Source: Clostridium kluyveri (lineage in GTDB: Bacteria > Bacillota > Clostridia > Clostridiales > Clostridiaceae). From it: 32,000 nucleotides of DNA. Positions 27,054 through 32,000 of this stretch are shown here, in pieces. How positions within the stretch are numbered: the stretch's first letter is position 1; each line of letters opens with the position of its first letter. The notes under the pieces are model-generated. The model saw only the letters and a program-made list of their open reading frames with translations, was not told the DNA's origin and ran no database searches. The DNA is taken from assembly GCF_001902295.1 (NCBI RefSeq), contig NZ_CP018335.1, forward strand, positions 1,852,750 to 1,884,749. Reading direction: 5' to 3'. Position numbers and translations under genes: made by a program.

Positions 27054-27115
27054 TTCAATGCCATGACAAGGGGCTTACAATACCTTGTACACAATATATT
27101 TTAAGGAGATATAAG

Positions 27116-28417
27116 ATGAATCAAATAAAACAAGATAAGAAGAAGTTTAAAATGACCTATTGTATAGGAACAAATTTTGATCCAGAATTGATTGAAATAA
27201 TTTCAAAGTATAATAAACAAAATATCTTTAATTCTGTTTTCGGTAAATTAAAAAGTGACTTCATTGGCGGAGGTAGAGCATCTACATTTCTTCCTGATAT
27301 ATCTATGAAAGAATTAAAAAGTTATATTAAATTATGTCATGATAATGATTTAGCATTTAATTATCTAATAAATCCTATGTGTATGGAAAATCAAGAAGTT
27401 GAATCGAGCAGTCATATGAAAATATTAAGGTATCTTTATGAACTTATTAACATAGGAATAGATTCTATTACTATAAATTCTCCTTATTTATGTGAAATAA
27501 TAAAAAAACAGTTCCCGGATTTAAAGGTAGTTATAGGATTATATGCTTATATTTACGATATACATCATGTACGATATTGGACAAACCTTGGCGCTGATGA
27601 GATAACTTTAGGACATAAAATTAACAGGGATTTTGAAGCATTAGAAAAAATGCTAATTTATACAAGAGATAAGAATGTTTCAATGAGACTTATTGCTAAT
27701 AATGTATGTCTGCATTCATGTCCTTATGCTGTAATGCATGGGACAGGGCAATCTCATGCAAGTCAAAAATGTAATGCATCAAAAGCAGAATATATAGACT
27801 ATTGTATATTGAAATGCTTAAATGAGAAAGTGAGAAATCCCGTTAATTTAATTAGTTCAGATTGGATTAGGCCTGAAGATATAGGATATTATGAGGAACT
27901 TTGCAAAAAGACAAATAATTATAAATTATCTATAAAACTTGTAGAAAGAACTAAGACTACAGAATTTCTTACAAGAGTTATTAAAGCTTATGCTACCCGC
28001 TCTTATGATGGAAATCTACTTGATATACTTTTATGGCCTAAAATGAGTGAAATGTTAAAAGTCCAAAAAACACCAGAGCAGATGAAATTACTTGCAAGTC
28101 AATACAATGTAGATGAGCTTACCAAATATTTTGATATATTTAATCTTCCTGAAGTATATATTGATAATAAAAAATTAAATGGATTTTTAGATAAATTCGT
28201 AAAAAATTTTGAATGTGATAAAAAACTTTGTGCTGGAATGAATAATCAAGAGTTATCAGAGGGTAGTAAAGGTGTATCTGAAATTATATGTTCCTACTGT
28301 AATGAATGGGTAAATAAAGCTATTTCTTATGACAATGATGAAGTAAAAAAATGGCTGAATAAATATGATGATGTTGAAATGGGATTAAAAGAAAGTAGAA
28401 TATTTTCTAAAATTTAA
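27116..28417 (+). CDS. U32-family (collagenase/UbiU-UbiV-like) protein, tentative
   Basis: N-terminus MTYCIGTNFDPE... resembles the UbiV/YhbV-type start. Alternating beta/alpha TIM-like pattern (DSITINSPYL, VVIGLYAY, ADEITLGH) and a Cys cluster CLHSCPY...C...C..C. AAGGAG RBS. Needs HMM confirmation. Confidence 0.45.
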   Translation: MNQIKQDKKKFKMTYCIGTNFDPELIEIISKYNKQNIFNSVFGKLKSDFIGGGRASTFLPDISMKELKSYIKLCHDNDLAFNYLINPMCMENQEVESSSHMKILRYLYELINIGIDSITINSPYLCEIIKKQFPDLKVVIGLYAYIYDIHHVRYWTNLGADEITLGHKINRDFEALEKMLIYTRDKNVSMRLIANNVCLHSCPYAVMHGTGQSHASQKCNASKAEYIDYCILKCLNEKVRNPVNLISSDWIRPEDIGYYEELCKKTNNYKLSIKLVERTKTTEFLTRVIKAYATRSYDGNLLDILLWPKMSEMLKVQKTPEQMKLLASQYNVDELTKYFDIFNLPEVYIDNKKLNGFLDKFVKNFECDKKLCAGMNNQELSEGSKGVSEIICSYCNEWVNKAISYDNDEVKKWLNKYDDVEMGLKESRIFSKI

Positions 28418-28501
28418 TTCCTAAATTAAATATATATAAATAGGAGTAATTTACCTTTTTATTTTCCTACCATATAATGAATGGTGATATATTTAGGGTG
28501 A

Positions 28502-28530
28502 TACCATATAAAATGGTGAAGCCCTTTTTT
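28502..28530 (+). terminator. Weak candidate terminator downstream of the U32-like gene
   Basis: TACCAT-ATAAA-ATGGTG hairpin, followed by AAGCCCTTTTTT. A near-duplicate hairpin lies at 28468-28487. Confidence 0.3.
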
Positions 28531-28621
28531 AAAGTTAATTATTGCTTATTTACCAATCTTCATTCAAAGGGGATAAGTATTGATTATGCCCCAATAAGTA
28601 AATTCTATCTGAACACATAAA

Positions 28622-29599
28622 TTACTTGATTCGGTGAATATTCCTGTAATTTTTTGGTCCTATGCCATAAGTTTTTTTAAAAATTCCAGCAAAATGTCCA
28701 GCATTATTATACCCTACTTTTGCTGCGATGTTTTTGATACTGTAATCTGAATCTTTTAATAACAAAAGGGCATAATTCATACGCATTTCTCTTAAATAAT
28801 CATAGGCTGTAGCCCCATAAATTTGTTTGAAGGCCATTTGAAATCTTGTTGTGCTCATGTTTGCAATTTTACCTAATTCCACTATAGAAGGATAAGAAGA
28901 TAGATTTTTTTTCATAAAATTAACAACTTTTTTTAAATATCTTAAATCTTTATTATCTAACTTTACACTTAAGGATTCCTGATATTGTCTTTGTTCTAGA
29001 TTGTGGGTAATTAAGGATAGTATTTCTAGAATTTTGCTTTCAAAATATAGTTGCTGGGAAGTGCCTTTTGCCTGGCAATCTCTAATCTGTTGAAAAATAA
29101 AATTTAATTCAGGAATATTAGGATTTTGTGATAAAAAGTGAAAAGCGTCTTTATGATTTTTATAATCTTTTAAATATTCATGATTCAAAAAGTTATGATA
29201 ATAATCTTCAGTTATTAATATTTTAGTAAAACGAGCTGGCTTTCCCACATCACAATAAGCATAGACCAATTTACTAGTATTTATATAGTAACAAATACCC
29301 CTTTCTACAAGGTTCAGTTTTTTACCTTTTATTTTAAAAGAACTGGAATCTGTTTCAAATTGACTTATCTCTAAATAATTTTGACTAATTTCAGATATAC
29401 GTACAAAATTTTCTTTTGGAGTAAAATCTGCAATCAATATAAAGAATAAATTATTCCAATTGATTTTTCGAAGAAATCCTTCTCCATATTGAGGAAACAT
29501 CTTATATGTACTGTCATAAGGGTAAGAAAGTTCAGGTATATATACAAAGTTTAGTTGTTTTAGGGCTATCTCATAATATTCTTCAAGGGATTTAATCAA
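28622..29599 (-). CDS. AraC/XylS-family transcriptional regulator with an uncharacterised N-terminal sensing domain
   Basis: C-terminal double HTH (LSSYPSIVELGKIANMSTTRFQMAFKQIYG and IAAKVGYNNAGHFAGIFKKTYGIGPKNYR). Convergent with the NRPS genes and divergent from the MATE operon. Confidence 0.9.
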   Translation of the reverse strand: MIKSLEEYYEIALKQLNFVYIPELSYPYDSTYKMFPQYGEGFLRKINWNNLFFILIADFTPKENFVRISEISQNYLEISQFETDSSSFKIKGKKLNLVERGICYYINTSKLVYAYCDVGKPARFTKILITEDYYHNFLNHEYLKDYKNHKDAFHFLSQNPNIPELNFIFQQIRDCQAKGTSQQLYFESKILEILSLITHNLEQRQYQESLSVKLDNKDLRYLKKVVNFMKKNLSSYPSIVELGKIANMSTTRFQMAFKQIYGATAYDYLREMRMNYALLLLKDSDYSIKNIAAKVGYNNAGHFAGIFKKTYGIGPKNYRNIHRIK

Positions 29600-29654
29600 A
29601 ATAAATTCCTCCTATTTATACAAATTCATTTAATGTTTTTAGTGTAACATAAAA

Positions 29655-29842
29655 TAATATCACGATAAAGTCAAATAATATCATAATATAACTGTAATCA
29701 TGTTTAAAATATGGTTGTAATACTGTTCACATAAGGGATTACAGAGATTCTTAATTTTAAATTTGAACATGGGTATACATATTGCTTTGATATTTATTAT
29801 ACCATAAAATATGAATAGATAATAATTTTCATATGATAATTC
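29655..29842 (+). promoter_or_regulatory. Regulatory module P2 (paralogue of P1): 21-bp-phased direct repeats, sigma-A promoter and Fur-like box
   Basis: ATATCACgATAaAgt (29657-29671) and ATATCAtaATATAAC (29678-29692). -35 TTGCTT (29782-29787), 17 nt, -10 TAAAAT (29805-29810). AGATAATAATTTTCA at 29817-29831, with a further TGATAAT at 29833-29839. Confidence 0.6.
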
Positions 29843-29879
29843 TAAAATTTTTCTAAGATTATACTAAAGGAGGGAAATC

Positions 29880-29951
29880 ATGAGGATTGCTATTGCGACA
29901 GTTACATCTAAAGATGTTTTAAATGATACAGCAACAAGAAAAAACCCATAA
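29880..29951 (+). CDS. Candidate 23-codon leader/small ORF (MRIAIATVTSKDVLNDTATRKNP)
   Basis: Strong SD AAAGGAGGG 5 nt before the ATG. First ORF downstream of promoter P2 and 26 nt upstream of the MATE start. No homology evidence. Confidence 0.3.
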   Translation: MRIAIATVTSKDVLNDTATRKNP

Positions 29952-29977
29952 TTAGTTAGTGAAAGGAAATGGTAAAT

Positions 29978-31342
29978 ATGAGTGGAGATAGTAGAATAAA
30001 ATTAATGAGTGAAGGTAATATTTCTAAGAGTTTATTTAAATTTGGGATACCTATGATTGCAGCTATGCTTGTAAATGCACTTTATAATGTAATAGATGCT
30101 TATTTTGTAAGTGGACTTGGGACAAGTGCCATGGCTGCAGTATTTGTGGCATTTCCTATATCACTTATTTTTTCAGGAGTAGGATTGACTTTTGGAAGTG
30201 GTGGAGGATCTTATATATCTAGACTTTTAGGAGCAGGAAATAAAAATGAAGCCAGCAAAGTTGCATCTACAGCGTTATTAAGTTGTATATTTATAAGCAT
30301 AATTATAGCTATATTATTTTTGATTTTTTTAAGTGATATTTTAGTTTTTATGGGAGCCACTGAAACTATATTACCTTACGCAAAATCTTATGCAATTATA
30401 TTCATAATAGCATCAATAGTAAGTGCTTTTAATGTTTCTATGGGTAATCTAGCAGTATCCCAGGGTGCTTCAGTCATTTCTCTGGTTTCAATATTTACAG
30501 GTGCTATTTTAAATGTAATTCTATGTCCTGTATTTATATATGCACTTAATCTGGGAGTAAAAGGTTCAGCTATTGCAACGCTGGTGGCTCAAAGTGTTAC
30601 TGCTTTAATATATATATGGTATATTTTTAGTGATAAAAGTTATGTAAAAATATCAATTTCTAATTTTTCTTTAAAGAAAGAAATTTATTCTCAAATATTT
30701 AAAATAGGAGTTTCTATGCTTATTTTACAATTATTAACAACTATATCCATGGGATTGATAAATATGGCAGCTAGTGATTATGGAGATTCTGCAGTAGCAG
30801 CTATGGGAATTGTAACTAGAGTAGTTTCATTAGGTACTTATGTTGTGTTTGGATATATGAAAGGATTTCAACCAATGGCAGGATATAATTATGGGGCGAA
30901 AAATTACACAAGATTAAGAGAAGCAATAAAAGTTTCTCTTAAATGGACTACAGGCTTTTGTGCTATATGGACAATTGTAATGTTTGTTTTTTCAAGAGTC
31001 ATTGTTTCTATGTTCAGTAGTAATCTTGAAGTTATTGATATAGCCAATAGGGCGTTAAGAGCTAATAATATTATGTTTATTACATTTGGTTTTCAATTTG
31101 TATATTCAACATTATTTTTAGCAATTGGAAAAGCCAAGGCAGGGGGTATATTGAATATGGCAAGACAAGGCATATTTTTTATTCCTGTAATATTAATTTT
31201 GCCACAAATCATAGGGTTAAACGGAGTGATTTATACTCAAACCATTGCAGATTTATTTGCAACCATATTGACAGGTGTACTTGCATTAAGTATAAGAAAA
31301 CAGATAAATACTTTAATAAACATGGACAAATTACGGATATAG
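29978..31342 (+). CDS. MATE-family efflux transporter
   Basis: About 12 predicted TM helices. N-terminal LFKFGIPMIAAMLVNALYNVIDAYFVS signature typical of the MATE/NorM family. ATG 29978 is better spaced from AAAGGA than the track start 29969. Confidence 0.88.
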   Translation: MSGDSRIKLMSEGNISKSLFKFGIPMIAAMLVNALYNVIDAYFVSGLGTSAMAAVFVAFPISLIFSGVGLTFGSGGGSYISRLLGAGNKNEASKVASTALLSCIFISIIIAILFLIFLSDILVFMGATETILPYAKSYAIIFIIASIVSAFNVSMGNLAVSQGASVISLVSIFTGAILNVILCPVFIYALNLGVKGSAIATLVAQSVTALIYIWYIFSDKSYVKISISNFSLKKEIYSQIFKIGVSMLILQLLTTISMGLINMAASDYGDSAVAAMGIVTRVVSLGTYVVFGYMKGFQPMAGYNYGAKNYTRLREAIKVSLKWTTGFCAIWTIVMFVFSRVIVSMFSSNLEVIDIANRALRANNIMFITFGFQFVYSTLFLAIGKAKAGGILNMARQGIFFIPVILILPQIIGLNGVIYTQTIADLFATILTGVLALSIRKQINTLINMDKLRI

Positions 31343-31364
31343 AAAGAACAGATGTAACAATAAT

Positions 31365-31457
31365 GTGATTATTAGGTTCAGGTGGAGTTTGTCTGTGAGA
31401 AATGCGTATCTCTACTTTAAAGAAAATGGTTTAGCTAATTACTGTGTTGGAATAAAG
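31365..31457 (+). repeat. Copy 2 of the ~90-bp dispersed repeat R2
   Basis: Same orientation as 8963-9058. Lies between the MATE stop codon and its terminator. Confidence 0.7.
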
Positions 31458-31500
31458 ATTATTAAACCTGTTTGAAGAACGAAAAATAATAACATGAAAG

Positions 31501-31529
31501 GATAGAAAGTTTAACTTTCTGTCTTTTTA
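31501..31529 (+). terminator. Rho-independent terminator downstream of the MATE gene
   Basis: GATAGAAAGT-TTA-ACTTTCTGTC stem (10 bp including one G-U), followed by TTTTT. Confidence 0.7.
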
Positions 31530-31667
31530 TGTTCAAATGATTATCACATATGTATTGTGATGTTATTAGATTTTTAAAAATTTGTTACAATATAATTAAA
31601 TCAAACTTATTTATACAGCATAATATGATAAAATCTATCTAAAAGAAAGCAGACTGGAGTGATATTA

Positions 31668-32000
31668 TTGGAAAACAAAGAATTACCTTTAATAAGTATA
31701 AAAGATTTGAAAATTAGCTTTGGGGAAAAACAGGTGTTGAAAGGGGTGAATTTGAAGGTATATAAAGGTGAAATTATAGGATATATAGGACCTAATGGTG
31801 CAGGGAAAAGTACTACGGTGAAAATAATGCTTGGACTCATAGGGGAATATGAAGGAGAGGTAAGAATCTTAGGACAAGACATAAGTGACGGTAATATAGA
31901 ATATAAAAGGAAAATAGGTTATGTACCTGAGACAGCAGAAATATATGATAGTCTTACAGCCAGAGAATACCTAACTTTTATAGGAGAACTCTACGGATTA
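31668..32000 (+). CDS. ABC transporter ATP-binding protein, 3' end cut by window edge
   Basis: Absent from the ORF track because it has no stop and uses a TTG start. GGAG RBS 8 nt upstream of TTG 31668. Walker A GPNGAGKST. Typical ISIKDLKISFGEKQVLKGVNL N-terminus. The frame stays open to nt 32000. Confidence 0.85.
   Translation, partial: MENKELPLISIKDLKISFGEKQVLKGVNLKVYKGEIIGYIGPNGAGKSTTVKIMLGLIGEYEGEVRILGQDISDGNIEYKRKIGYVPETAEIYDSLTAREYLTFIGELYGL

Noticed and set aside
28468-28521. Duplicated mini-hairpins TACCAT-N-ATGGTGA between the convergent U32-like and AraC genes as a regulatory repeat
   Set aside because: The stems are only 5-6 bp in AT-rich DNA. The second copy is followed by a T-run and is adequately explained as a weak terminator. 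There is no second locus to support a motif.
31607-31882. 91-aa minus-strand ORF from the ORF track
   Set aside because: It is antisense to a clear ABC ATPase reading frame (Walker A GPNGAGKST) that starts at TTG 31668 and runs off the window. The plus-strand gene explains the region.

Overview
AT-rich, Clostridium-like (low-GC Firmicute) chromosomal segment with four blocks. (1) nt 1-8100, metal homeostasis: copA (5'-truncated by the window) and copZ, an OmpR/PhoB-type two-component system, a secreted GKITQEQ-repeat protein, an IS3/IS150-type element sitting in the loop of that gene's terminator, and a CCGGGH-motif membrane peptide paired with a SHOCT protein. (2) nt 8200-13500: a YdjM-like membrane protein, a large CWB2-anchored surface protein ending in a near-perfect 516-bp tandem duplication, and an Fe-type alcohol dehydrogenase. 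(3) nt 13800-16950: two complete IS110-family elements head to head, each with a long GC-richer non-coding flank. (4) nt 17045-31342, the most interesting part: a compact NRPS locus with a type II thioesterase (frameshifted at an A8 run), a SagB-type azoline oxidase, one megasynthetase with domain order FAAL-ACP-Cy-A(Cys-like)-PCP-R split by an IS6-like insertion with an 8-bp target duplication, a U32-like protein, an AraC regulator and a MATE exporter. The predicted product is a 2-alkyl-thiazol(in)e aldehyde. A ~190-bp regulatory module (21-bp-phased direct repeats, a sigma-A promoter and a Fur-like box) occurs twice, upstream of the surface-protein gene and upstream of the MATE operon. A 17/19 Fur-box palindrome fused to a strong promoter sits upstream of the IS110 pair and points toward the NRPS genes. 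Together these suggest an iron- and AraC-controlled metallophore-like system that is decaying in this strain. The window ends in a partial ABC-transporter ATPase gene. No rRNA, tRNA or CRISPR was seen. All family assignments come from motif reading by eye; no database search was possible.
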